DNA from: Candidatus Onthoplasma sp.
GTDB taxonomy: Bacteria; Bacillota; Clostridia; Christensenellales; UBA1242
Direction: 5' to 3'
Length of the DNA stretch: 64,000 bases
NCBI GenBank assembly: GCA_051883515.1
Contig: JBJETW010000014.1
Location: 1,345-65,344 of the forward strand
The notes beneath the pieces are model-generated. The model was given only the letters and a program-made list of their open reading frames with translations. It was not told the DNA's origin and ran no database searches. Below are positions 30,601 to 38,889 of this stretch, piece by piece; within the stretch, counting starts at the first letter, position 1, and every line of letters starts with the position of its first letter. The translations under genes and the position numbers were made by a program.

Positions 30601-33425
30601 CCTTCAACATTTTCAATTTTTAACAATTGATTTTCCGCAGTGATTGAGCCAACATTTGAGAAAGATAAATTTTCACTCTGTTCATCACTTGAAACAATAT
30701 AATCATTGTCTGAAACAAATTGAATTGTGATTTCAATATCCCCTGAATGTGTGCCTAAAACGAAATTGTAAGACTCGTCAAACACGTAAACATTATGTGT
30801 CTTTAAATCTTCGTCGTAAACATAATCTAGTTCAACGTCATTGTCAGCGTCCTTTAAAACGCCGTCATCAAATTTGAAATTATATTGATTTCCATCAAAC
30901 GATATTTTCAAAATAAAGTCATAACGCTCCAAATGATTTTCGTTTGAAATGACAATAGCTCTGTCACTTGCCACAATTTGCGAATTGCTGTGAATTTTAT
31001 AAACACTCAAAGGTTCTGATTTAGACGAAATATAGAAATTTGTTCCGTCATTATCTATCGCCGTTGCATTCAAAATAAACACATTTTCGCCATCGTTGAA
31101 GTCATTGTATGCAGTTGCAAAATCATAAGCGACAATTTCTTCCACATCAGAAACTTTCACAAAATCCAAAACTGAAACATTTTCAGGTTCAACTTTCGTG
31201 AATTTGCTTGTTTGTTTGTCAAAGTCAAGAACTGGTTGTTCAAGTTTTGAAATTGTTAAATTTTCAAGAACTTTAGAGTCGAGATTTGTTTTTCCATCGC
31301 CAATATTTTGAATACTTAAATTCGTTGTTTCTCCATAGTCTAAATCAATTACGCAACTTGTTGAAGAAGTTTTTGTTGCATTAATTGAATTAAACTGCGT
31401 GTTGGTTTGACCAACGTTTACAACACTCAACGCACCATTCGATTTATCAAAACTTTCAATTGTTGGAGCCGACAAAACGTTAAATTCTATTTCATACGCT
31501 GGACACACCATCATAGCATCATCAATCATCTCTCGATAATCAAAGACGGTTGTGTTGTTATCCTTTGATTTTAAGTAAATTTTTGCAGTATGTTCTCCTG
31601 AGGATAAATACGTTTCAGTGTCCAAATCGTCAGTTGTATTTAATTCAATTGAATTGCCATCAAAGTTCAAACTCTCAATTTGAACATTAACATTTGCCTT
31701 TTCACTTGCAACAATCGATAAAATTCCGTTTTCAATCTTTACATCTTCTTGGTTAAGTTTCCCAAGTTGAACAAATGTTATAATTTCTGTTTTGCTAGCG
31801 ATTTCAAATTCGTCATTTCCTAAATGTGTCACTTGAATAGAATGTTCCCCAGCGCTGAAATCAACATTTGAAACATCAAGCACGAAAAGTTCGCTTTCCA
31901 AAGTCACCACTTGTTTTTCATCATCAATGCAAATCTCAAACTCTTCTAAAGTCTCGTCTTGAATCGTAAGTTTATAATTTTCAAAATTAAGATTTGGTGC
32001 TGTTTGTTTTTTGAATGTGTGCGACACATAGTTTGAAGAAACACAATTAATCCCGTTTTTTGCAACCGATTTAATTGAGAAATTCACCACCGCTCCATTG
32101 TCATAATCGTCAAGAGAAAAGTAGTTTTCGGTTGTATTAAACTCGCGTTTATTTCCATCAACTTCAATCGAAATTGCATAGAATCCAGCATTTTCAACCG
32201 CATTCCAAGTTATTTTATCTCGGTCCGCAACAATATTTGCATGCTCAATTTTGGTGAATTCAAGTTCTGAAACAATGTTAGAATTTGCAAGATTGTTTAC
32301 GCCTTGTGGGAAAACCGGTGTCACTTGTGCTGAATAAGAAACGCCATCTAAAATTTTGTTTTCATAGTCTAAAATAGATGCAAGGTCAAAATTGTTTGAT
32401 GTTGTGTTAAAAATGTCATCTCCAAGTTTAATCTCATATTCATTTACATATTGAATTTTTGGCCAAGACAATGTTGTTCCATTCAATAAAATGTTAAGAC
32501 CAGGAATAACATCAACTTCCGTTTCAACAATGCTCGTTTGACAAACAACGCCAGTTTGTTCCATTAGTGTTTTTGACTCAGAATTAAGTCTTGTTGTGAT
32601 TTTTACTTTAACTTTTTTACCAGCAAAAGACTTGTCTAAATTCAAAAGTGAACAAGATTGTGAGTCAATGCCAGTTGCCAAAACCTGCTCAGATATTTCA
32701 TCGTAAACCGACACATCAAACACTGCATCATTCCCAGCATAGTCAAAAGTTAAATTTCCGTTTTTAACATTGATATTTTTTACTTCGCTAGGTTTATAAA
32801 TTTTTGTTTCGTTTGAATAGTCAGACACTAAATAAGCTTTTTCAAATTCTGCTGGATATGCTCTAACTCTAACCTTCAAAATTTGGTCCAAATAATCAAA
32901 ATCAAAATTTTTAAGTTCAAAAATTGTTGCATTGCCAATGTCAATTGGATTTTCAAAATTGTTGTTTACAATCAATTCAAATCCGTAAACATTTGTCATG
33001 TTGGTTGACTCAATAACAAACGCTTGTTTAGTTTCGTCAAATTTAATTTCTGGAGTTGTCAACTCAATTTGACTTTCAATTACAACAACATTTATCGTGT
33101 CTTGCTTTGATTCGTCCATATTTGAAACGACTTGCAAAACTGAATTCCCCACTTCCTTTGCCTTAACAACATTTCCGTTCACTTCCAACACATTACTGTT
33201 CCAGCTTGTTAAGGTGTAAGTCTTGTTTGTTGCGTAAGATGGAGTTATCACAACATAGTCTTCCAATTCAAAAGTTTGCCCTGAACACAAAACAATCTGT
33301 TTGTTGTCTGGAATGTCAAAATAGATGTCTTCCACTATAACTTCATTTTTACAACCAGCCAAACAAAAGACAATGAATGTCAGAAAGAACCATGCTATTA
33401 TGTTTGCCTTTTTAAATTTTGACAT
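24666..33425 (-). CDS. 2,919-aa surface lipoprotein: lipobox, Big_2-like domain, many FN3-like modules, C-terminal GLUG-type repeat region
   Basis: MSKFKKANIIAWFFLTFIVFCLAGC carries lipobox LAGC. There is a recurrent module signature [LI]xWxxVxNAxxYxI (ITWNAVENAGFYAISIEV, LVWQAVNNSAYTTALV, IVWDKNENADGYQIEY, LIWETNENSTSYQILV, LYFDEVENAIYYEIEI, LTFKQISNAVAYDLTI). The last roughly 500 aa hold FAGIVA, LGGVVA, LGGLVGYA, YGGILGSG and IGAIVGT repeats. Confidence 0.9.
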   Translation of the reverse strand: MSKFKKANIIAWFFLTFIVFCLAGCKNEVIVEDIYFDIPDNKQIVLCSGQTFELEDYVVITPSYATNKTYTLTSWNSNVLEVNGNVVKAKEVGNSVLQVVSNMDESKQDTINVVVIESQIELTTPEIKFDETKQAFVIESTNMTNVYGFELIVNNNFENPIDIGNATIFELKNFDFDYLDQILKVRVRAYPAEFEKAYLVSDYSNETKIYKPSEVKNINVKNGNLTFDYAGNDAVFDVSVYDEISEQVLATGIDSQSCSLLNLDKSFAGKKVKVKITTRLNSESKTLMEQTGVVCQTSIVETEVDVIPGLNILLNGTTLSWPKIQYVNEYEIKLGDDIFNTTSNNFDLASILDYENKILDGVSYSAQVTPVFPQGVNNLANSNIVSELEFTKIEHANIVADRDKITWNAVENAGFYAISIEVDGNKREFNTTENYFSLDDYDNGAVVNFSIKSVAKNGINCVSSNYVSHTFKKQTAPNLNFENYKLTIQDETLEEFEICIDDEKQVVTLESELFVLDVSNVDFSAGEHSIQVTHLGNDEFEIASKTEIITFVQLGKLNQEDVKIENGILSIVASEKANVNVQIESLNFDGNSIELNTTDDLDTETYLSSGEHTAKIYLKSKDNNTTVFDYREMIDDAMMVCPAYEIEFNVLSAPTIESFDKSNGALSVVNVGQTNTQFNSINATKTSSTSCVIDLDYGETTNLSIQNIGDGKTNLDSKVLENLTISKLEQPVLDFDKQTSKFTKVEPENVSVLDFVKVSDVEEIVAYDFATAYNDFNDGENVFILNATAIDNDGTNFYISSKSEPLSVYKIHSNSQIVASDRAIVISNENHLERYDFILKISFDGNQYNFKFDDGVLKDADNDVELDYVYDEDLKTHNVYVFDESYNFVLGTHSGDIEITIQFVSDNDYIVSSDEQSENLSFSNVGSITAENQLLKIENVEGSDTWTKGNYYLLLNENSQSTKVKLWGNDNSEDNFDLSLNNNKIQIKLSEIMDRYPETETISYFVSTDGNLTQKSGLINFVRLNTVALEASKDNSLENNSVVVSFNKIETEVSEPIEYLLQINNQEYVYLASDIADDEKIEYKLDNCQDESEISVKVVVYSTSEYTADGKYIVDSKISEELIFEKLETPSNILVLDDKLYFDEVENAIYYEIEITKSGEKTIFTTDKNEFDLSDIDGTAEITVKAISDDQNLHFTNSNKSQKISVKRSNQPVVAIKEGNFVVTLSQAIKDLIASATEEDSISLFIKNGSLENTIDLKGYVLEGKVNIDATTILRYPASSPIIENVEFTYVLDYHAQENLFVLNSKTLTKQAKGLFTAVNLKKVSDTTNDNLQKIVWDNNPKNVDSNGNKYDVGYVVRFDYLQNGTSYYSSDPKLKYKDSEGNILSISDTAFITSNSIFFPYGYDIAEDGTLGENGIVFESGKFEIYIKTIPLDTNADSGLLCVSNYSDQNNMLSVLKMEKPIVEIENGVLIWETNENSTSYQILVSGQEGTDSIVTTTTQFMQYDFTTPKFKDLTGIINVSIKAKSTKANVINSDVSDEVMAFRIPEPTDLTIKNGYLVMTSSVYFNKAIFETNDGQIFIMDNSEKLEARLNEMQDNLVDTLLNLNEEISKQDVYFINIDKTGLNINPNNYSIKITLLGTQSIVLGDTTIGIINSNPTEMGFKNLTVNQLASNVNQVVAGVLSFNVPSIYDGDGDKIIDVNLNYAFNGVTTDFIKSTAIYKVSINDTEIYCVDYYSFIDYKNANTDSFVEGVDYITQTNKGNLVYTVKCGELEFNVFNENKIDFNLNEIYYSAITATIENGEIIYSKDGEKELSLNEDSYLLTRVYLLGGNVSGSVSDGFAGYLNAKSEELHAFVRYQNMSSVTVSNGMIKLEDMRVYDENGENADSPVYRLEFTQINSDGTDGEKFLVYAIHSIDNENLTVGEIVAERKGENPYIIPVQFKDSDMLCDVNKVLPSGTFRVEEKTLAGIGDNSNGVINFLIDAANTSAGSEVKKWTETKFAISSNRLELKLAQASNYGSSDTYEITLSDGTNSCVYQISSADSNVKINTTTNKLIYTIPSSVSDGNNTIVIDSQGTYYIKVRAVGNDNILDGSYYKENNVDYVFEFEKASGIKNVEIKGGKLVWQAVNNSAYTTALVRITFVDDYAVERMIEFETSGASMTIDGVQCYVYTFLESAYDLKDPITGETIGYHSIEAGRIYTISVACMPGSLGNYIISDPTTINNVIRLDSLTEGQIFTYNGKLTFKQISNAVAYDLTIKNNETSEQWSDTVQASELAQIKIGDEYYYQFDIENELQENFIVGTYSISIKAIGNTEISSKTTTIQDENSLSKLSPVENLEFSGGEIVWDKNENADGYQIEYVGFETIVIEGSENNSHTVPDSVSGEFEVRVTAIGLGKSKVFNSDSVSLQSTEGTSRPSGAQNLAYSVDKITWEGEQLLSTDKVNVEYTIDYVDVYGTSKNETVTVSGYMSSSTFYTNQTADYGVLTYSNNTYTYTLKQIGTYSNFKVWVSREGTASSVVETLDTIEFNLFESGDGTSETSAYKIKNATQFMNINVKPSAYYSLISDINLSEIENVSEIIQSGLITNTFTGKLSGKENTTTHKLYFALQDEFNFSNLRNFAVFSSIGSGAKIADLAIGEISKPIVINNNLSIDGEVKLSMLALSATSAEIDRVSVYAKFVITKTGTYTPTYDMMVAGLVDNAVGTTFDDVYAEVEIQTSGRSSNNAYFAGIVAKANNAVIKNSTNISMKVTTTNGAYADFLGGVVANFEGSSLSLLDGVFSTSAKVDFQNVNTQYLGGLVGYASYANIQDCQSSGTIKYSTLSAGIYGGILGSGKSCVVSSCSNGVEFAITNLATTDSSSIKIGAIVGTMTKESGTASILNCSMADYSLDITQLSPTFVLGICGGKQETGVTISGCTSTN

Positions 33426-33458
33426 GTCAACCCCTCTTATGTCATTTAACTTAACATT

Positions 33459-33487
33459 ATTTTATCACATAAATTATAATTTATCAA
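33459..33487 (-). promoter_or_regulatory. Promoter candidate for the 2,919-aa lipoprotein / sipW operon
   Basis: Minus strand reads TTGATA (33487..33482), a 17-nt spacer, then TAAAAT (33464..33459) with a TG extended -10 (GTGATAAAAT). RBS GAGGGG lies 5 nt before the ATG at 33425. Confidence 0.45.
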
Positions 33488-33754
33488 ACAATAATTCGAC
33501 ATTTTTCTATTTTTTTATTATCTATTAATAAAGGTGAACTTTTTTGAAAAAGTAAAATAAAATATTTATTTTGGCGTAAAATTTAAAAAAAATTAAAAAA
33601 TAATTAAAAAATCATCGATTTTATTTTAAAATTCTGAAAATTTTTATTGTTTTTTGTAATTTTTAATTTTTTTATTTTTAGATTAAACTAAAATGACATA
33701 TCAATATTAATTTTGATTAATTCTAAAATGTTATAACATCGAATAAAATAGAAT

Positions 33755-34216
33755 ATGATTTACGACGACTTCTCTCTTCCTTCAAACGCACTGTTTGAGC
33801 AAATGAACAAAGAATTTTTGTCTCGCGTTGACTTTGACAAGTCAACCACCATAAACAAAATTTTTATTTTACTATATGAATGCAAAAACATGTGTCAAAC
33901 TAGAGAGACCAAGAACCCTAAATTACTTCAAACATTAAACACTATTCAAACAGAGCTAAACAAAGAAATAGAAAATTTTTTATCAATCTTTAATTTCAAT
34001 TTGGATAGACCAAAATCTTATTTTGAATTCAATCCCTTTTCAATGTCTAAAAAACTTTGTGAAATAGAAAAACTGAGTGCGAACTGGCTTTTTAATGAAA
34101 AAAGAGAATATCACAAAAATTTTGCAAATTCATTCTTAAATAACATAATCTCACTAAACATCAATCTTTTAGAAACCCTTTCTAAATTAAATATCAAAAT
34201 ATTTAATTATATGTAA
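33755..34216 (+). CDS. Hypothetical protein (153 aa), helical and Asn/Lys/Phe-rich, no signal peptide
   Basis: ORF track only. No obvious RBS and no motif recognised. Followed by a convincing terminator. Confidence 0.45.
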   Translation: MIYDDFSLPSNALFEQMNKEFLSRVDFDKSTTINKIFILLYECKNMCQTRETKNPKLLQTLNTIQTELNKEIENFLSIFNFNLDRPKSYFEFNPFSMSKKLCEIEKLSANWLFNEKREYHKNFANSFLNNIISLNINLLETLSKLNIKIFNYM

Positions 34217-34230
34217 AAATCGTAAAAATG

Positions 34231-34271
34231 CACAAAAAATATTAATTTTTATTTATTTTTTGTGTTTTTTT
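34231..34271 (+). terminator. Rho-independent terminator
   Basis: CACAAAAAATA (34231..34241) pairs perfectly with TATTTTTTGTG (34254..34264). The loop is 12 nt and a T7 run follows. Confidence 0.6.
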
Positions 34272-34332
34272 ATTAATTTATATTTATTTTTTCTTTTTTA
34301 ACATAAGCAATTACAATTTCATATTCTAAAAT

Positions 34333-35430
34333 ATGAAGAAAAAAATATGTGTTTATGCAATTGCAAAAAATGAAATCAAATTTATTGACCGCTGGTATAA
34401 CTCTGTTAAAGAAGCGGATTATGTTTGCGTTTTGGACACAGGTTCAACAGACGGAAGTGTGGAAAAATTTAAATCTCTCGGCATCATTTTAAAAGAAAAA
34501 AAGTATGATAATTTCCGATTTGATGTCGCAAGGAACGATAGTCTAAAACTTATTCCAGAAGACGCAGATATTTGCGTATGTGTTGACATTGACGAAGAGT
34601 TCGAAAAAGGTTGGACAAAAATTTTAAAAGACAATTGGAAAGACGAGACGATTCAAGCCAGATATCGCTACACATGGAATTTCAATTCGGACGGAAGTGA
34701 AGGTATTGTTTTCATGGCAGACAAAATTCACAAAAACAAAATGTTTAAATGGACTCACCCTGTGCACGAAGTTTTGACGCCAGTTTTAGACCTTAAAGGT
34801 GAAATTATAGATTTGCCCAACATTCAGTTAAATCACAGAGCAGACGAAACAAAATCCCGAAGTTCATATTTGCCTTTGCTAGAATTGTCAGTCAAAGAAG
34901 ACCCAACAGACGACAGAAACATGCACTATCTCGGAAGAGAATACATGTTTCACGGAGATTATGAGAAAGCAATTGAAACCCTAAAACGCCATTTAAGTCT
35001 TCCATCAGCAATATGGCTTGACGAGAGGAGCGCAAGTCTTAGATATATTGCGAAATGCTATGAAAGTTTGAACGACCACGAAAATCAAGAAAAATATTTG
35101 TTATTATCTTTAATTGAAAATAACAAAACTCGTGAACCTTATTTCCAACTGGGAGAATTTTATTTTAATCAACAACGATATCTGCAATCTTGCATCTTTT
35201 TTGAAGAAATGTTGAAAATTGAAAAGCGTGAACTCAATTATCTTTCGCTCCCAGCTTGTTGGGGAAGTCTACCTTATGACTATTTGTCAATTTGTTATTA
35301 TGAACTTGGCAACATAAAAAAAGCAGTCAAATATGTTTTGACCGCTTTGGAATACAGTTCTGAACAGCGTCTAAAAGACAATTTGAAATTTATGATGGAT
35401 AAAATCAATCAACCTTATGTCCCAAATTGA
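34333..35430 (+). CDS. Family-2 glycosyltransferase with C-terminal TPR repeats
   Basis: The N-terminal half has GT-A features (VYAIAKNE, VLDTGSTDGS, the DxD-like CVDIDEEF). The C-terminal half has TPR-like helices (HYLGREYMFHGDYEKAIETLKRHL, FQLGEFYFNQQRYLQSCIFFEEML). Confidence 0.7.
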   Translation: MKKKICVYAIAKNEIKFIDRWYNSVKEADYVCVLDTGSTDGSVEKFKSLGIILKEKKYDNFRFDVARNDSLKLIPEDADICVCVDIDEEFEKGWTKILKDNWKDETIQARYRYTWNFNSDGSEGIVFMADKIHKNKMFKWTHPVHEVLTPVLDLKGEIIDLPNIQLNHRADETKSRSSYLPLLELSVKEDPTDDRNMHYLGREYMFHGDYEKAIETLKRHLSLPSAIWLDERSASLRYIAKCYESLNDHENQEKYLLLSLIENNKTREPYFQLGEFYFNQQRYLQSCIFFEEMLKIEKRELNYLSLPACWGSLPYDYLSICYYELGNIKKAVKYVLTALEYSSEQRLKDNLKFMMDKINQPYVPN

Positions 35431-37160
35431 GAATTAAACAATTCATAATAGAATCCGTGCTTTTCAAGCAATTCTTTGTGAGTTCCTTGTTCAATTATTT
35501 GTCCTTTATTCATCACAAGAATGCAATCTGCGTTTTCAATTGTTGAAAGTCTGTGCGCAACGATAAAACAAGTTCTTCCTTCCATCATAATATCAAGCGC
35601 TTGCTGAATTTTTAATTCAGTTCTTGTGTCAATGTTGCTTGTTGCTTCGTCCAAAATCATCATTGGTGGTTTCAAAAGCATGATTCTTGCAATGCAAAGT
35701 AATTGTTTTTGCCCGGCGCTTATATTGTCTGCTCGTTCGGTTATGATTGTGTCATATCCATTTGGCAATTTTTCAATAAACGCATGAGCATTTGCAAGTT
35801 TACATGCTTCAATTATTTCGTCCATGCTGGCATCAGGTTTTCCATATGCGACATTATCTTTTACGCTTGCGTTATACAGCCAACTTTCTTGCAACACCAT
35901 TCCATAATACTTTCTAAATGATTTCCTTTTGACCTTTCTAAGGTCTTTTTTACTGACTTTGATTGAACCTTTGTCGACATCGTAAAATCTCATCAATAGA
36001 TTGATGATTGTGCTTTTCCCGCATCCAGTTGGACCAACAATTGCAATTCGTTGCCCTTGTTTTACGTCTAAATTTAAATTTTCTATCAATTTTGTGTATT
36101 TTGTATAACTGAACGCCACATTTTTTAATTGAACTTCGCCATTGCAAGACTTCATTTCTGGCAATTCAGCGTCTGTTATTTCATCTTGCTCATCAATTAG
36201 ATTAAACACCCTATTCGCACTCGCAATCGCAATGTTTAAGTCCGCGAATATGCTGGTGATATCATTGAAAGGTTTTGTGAAATTGTCCACATAACTCAAG
36301 AAACTTGAAATTCGACCAATTTTAATTTTACCTTTGATTGCCAACAACGCACCCATAACGCCAACCGCACCATACAAAATTCCATTTACAAAACGCGAAG
36401 TTGGATGAGCAAGTGTGGCATAAAACATTGATTTTTCACTTGAAGTGTATAATTTTTCATTAATTTCATCAAATTTTTTACACGTTTCATCTTCATTGTT
36501 AAACGCTTTGATAACTTTCATATTTGTTATCATTTCTTCGCTATAACCACTTATAACGCCTTGTTCTTCAACACGTTGTTTATATAATTTTTTACTGCGT
36601 TTTGTAATTACAATAGCAAGTACCAAAGACATTGGAGCAAGCAAAATTACCATCAATGCAAGTGACCAATTTACACAAAGCATCATCACCATTACAATTA
36701 AAACTTGCAAAATTCCACAGACAACCGATTTAAAACCAGATAAAAATCCGTCTGTCACATTTTCGACATCGCTTACCATAGTGTTCATGATATCCCCGTG
36801 CGAATTGTTGTCAATGAATTTAATTGGAACAGAATTCAATTTTTTATATATTGAATTTCTAATTAACTGACCAGTTCTAAATGTTAAAATATTCATAAAA
36901 TGGCAACCAAGCCAGTCAAAAAGTGAACTGAAACATGTCAAAATAAAAATCAAAATTAAATAATCCGCAAGCAATGTGAAATTGACCTGACCCACGCCAA
37001 TCATTGTGTCAATTGCAAGCCCTGAAAAGAGCGGAATTAACATATTTAAAACAATTGCAATCGCGTCAAAAATCACAGACCAATAAAACACAACACGATT
37101 TGGTCTAACATAATTCATGAGTTGACTTAACAACTTTTTGTAGTTTTTGTTTTTCTTCAT
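35415..37160 (-). CDS. ABC exporter subunit (TMD-NBD fusion), canonical ATPase site
   Basis: Six-helix TMD. Walker A GPTGCGKST, signature SAGQKQLL, Walker B MMILDEATS, H-loop VAHRLST. Confidence 0.9.
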   Translation of the reverse strand: MKKNKNYKKLLSQLMNYVRPNRVVFYWSVIFDAIAIVLNMLIPLFSGLAIDTMIGVGQVNFTLLADYLILIFILTCFSSLFDWLGCHFMNILTFRTGQLIRNSIYKKLNSVPIKFIDNNSHGDIMNTMVSDVENVTDGFLSGFKSVVCGILQVLIVMVMMLCVNWSLALMVILLAPMSLVLAIVITKRSKKLYKQRVEEQGVISGYSEEMITNMKVIKAFNNEDETCKKFDEINEKLYTSSEKSMFYATLAHPTSRFVNGILYGAVGVMGALLAIKGKIKIGRISSFLSYVDNFTKPFNDITSIFADLNIAIASANRVFNLIDEQDEITDAELPEMKSCNGEVQLKNVAFSYTKYTKLIENLNLDVKQGQRIAIVGPTGCGKSTIINLLMRFYDVDKGSIKVSKKDLRKVKRKSFRKYYGMVLQESWLYNASVKDNVAYGKPDASMDEIIEACKLANAHAFIEKLPNGYDTIITERADNISAGQKQLLCIARIMLLKPPMMILDEATSNIDTRTELKIQQALDIMMEGRTCFIVAHRLSTIENADCILVMNKGQIIEQGTHKELLEKHGFYYELFNSQFGT

Positions 37161-37166
37161 TCCTTT

Positions 37167-38882
37167 TTATTTTGATTGTGACTCGTAAATTTCTTTGTAA
37201 ATTTCACAATTTTTCATAAGTTCATTGTGTTTTCCCATTCCAACCACATCTCCGTTGTCCAACACAATAATCAAATCCGCATTTTTAATTGATGTTGCAC
37301 GCTGTGAAATGTAAACTATTGTGGAATCTAATTTTTTCAGCGCTTTCCTTAAATTTGAATCCGTCAAGAAATCCAACGCACTGCTACTATCGTCCAAAAT
37401 AAGCAACTCAGGATTTCCGATAATTGCTCTTGCAATGGTCAATCTCTGCATCTGACCACCACTGACATTTTTCCCACCTGCCATAATTTGATAATCAAGT
37501 CCGTTTGGCCATTCGCTTACAAAACTCCACGCTTGACTAATTTTCAGCGCCTCGACAATCTCTTCATCAGTGGCATCGTTTTTTCGAATTTTCATATTCT
37601 CTCTCAAACTTCCACTGAAAAGAGTGCTTCGTTGTTGCACAATGCTTATCTCATCTCTTAATTGTTTGAGCGAATATTCTTTTATATTTCTGCCCTTGTA
37701 TCTAATCTCCCCTTGAGTGACATCATAAAACCTTGTCATCAAACTTGCAATTGTCGTCTTTCCGCTTCCTGTTCCGCCAATTATGCCAATTGTTTGATGT
37801 GGTGCAACTGAAAACGATAAATCCTTTATAAACGCTTTATCTTTTATGTTTTGCGTATAGTTAAAACTCACATTATCAAATTCCAAAATTTTGTCAGTTG
37901 ATTTTGGAGATAATTTTTTGACGCCATTTTCTTGAATTGCTGGTTCGGTTGCAATAATTTCATTGACACGCTTCAATGAAGCATTTGTTCTAACAAACAT
38001 TGCAATAATTTGACTTAACAAAAGCAAAGAAATTGTGATTATTGAAACATAATCAATAAGTGCAATGACATTTCCACTTGTCATTCCGCCCACGTTAATC
38101 TGCCAGCCACCAATCGCAAGAAGCGCAATTGTTGCAGCGTCCACAATCAAAAATACAACCGGTTCAAGCAAAGCAGAAATTTTTGCCACATGTATGCTTG
38201 TTTTTGTGTAGTCTGCACACACTTCTTCAAATCTATCTTGTTCAAAATCTTGTTTGTTAAACGCACGAATAACACGTGTTCCTTCCAAATTCTCTTTTGT
38301 CACATTGCTGATTTTGTCAAGTTTGACTCTGATTGTGTCGTAAAATGGCGCGGTTTTCTTCATGTAAAACCACAGAATTAAACTCACAATAGGAATCAAA
38401 ACCAAGAATATCAAACTCATCTTTTTGTTGATTAACAAACTCATAACAAAAGCGCCAATCAACAAAAACGGTGTTCTTAATAATGTCCTTATAAACACTC
38501 CTACTGACGACTCAATTTGATTGATGTCGTTTGTGAGTCTGTTCACAAGCGAAGGTGTTCCAAACTTGTCAAGTTCAGTGTGAGAAAATGACGCCACTTT
38601 ATCGAACACATCTTTTCTCATATCTTTTGAAATTTTTGTGCTGGCAAGAGATGAACATTTTTGACCAATAATCGCACAAATTAAACTTGCAACATTCATA
38701 ACAACAATCAAAATTCCATATTTGGTTATAATTGGAATGCTAGCCTGCGTGACGCCCTCATCAATGATTTTTGCCACCAAAATTGGATTAAAAAGTTCCA
38801 TAATTGCTTCCGCAAGTTTAAAAAGCGGACCAACAATTACGAAAAACTTATATTTTTTCATGTATGCAAGCAAATTTTTCAT
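37167..38882 (-). CDS. ABC exporter subunit (TMD-NBD fusion), degenerate ATPase site
   Basis: Walker A GGTGSGKTT, signature VSGGQMQRL. Walker B is LLILDDSSS (Asp replaces the catalytic Glu). The H-loop position reads ISQRAT (Gln replaces His). A 6-nt gap separates it from the partner gene. Confidence 0.9.
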   Translation of the reverse strand: MKNLLAYMKKYKFFVIVGPLFKLAEAIMELFNPILVAKIIDEGVTQASIPIITKYGILIVVMNVASLICAIIGQKCSSLASTKISKDMRKDVFDKVASFSHTELDKFGTPSLVNRLTNDINQIESSVGVFIRTLLRTPFLLIGAFVMSLLINKKMSLIFLVLIPIVSLILWFYMKKTAPFYDTIRVKLDKISNVTKENLEGTRVIRAFNKQDFEQDRFEEVCADYTKTSIHVAKISALLEPVVFLIVDAATIALLAIGGWQINVGGMTSGNVIALIDYVSIITISLLLLSQIIAMFVRTNASLKRVNEIIATEPAIQENGVKKLSPKSTDKILEFDNVSFNYTQNIKDKAFIKDLSFSVAPHQTIGIIGGTGSGKTTIASLMTRFYDVTQGEIRYKGRNIKEYSLKQLRDEISIVQQRSTLFSGSLRENMKIRKNDATDEEIVEALKISQAWSFVSEWPNGLDYQIMAGGKNVSGGQMQRLTIARAIIGNPELLILDDSSSALDFLTDSNLRKALKKLDSTIVYISQRATSIKNADLIIVLDNGDVVGMGKHNELMKNCEIYKEIYESQSK

Positions 38883-38889
38883 TTAGATA

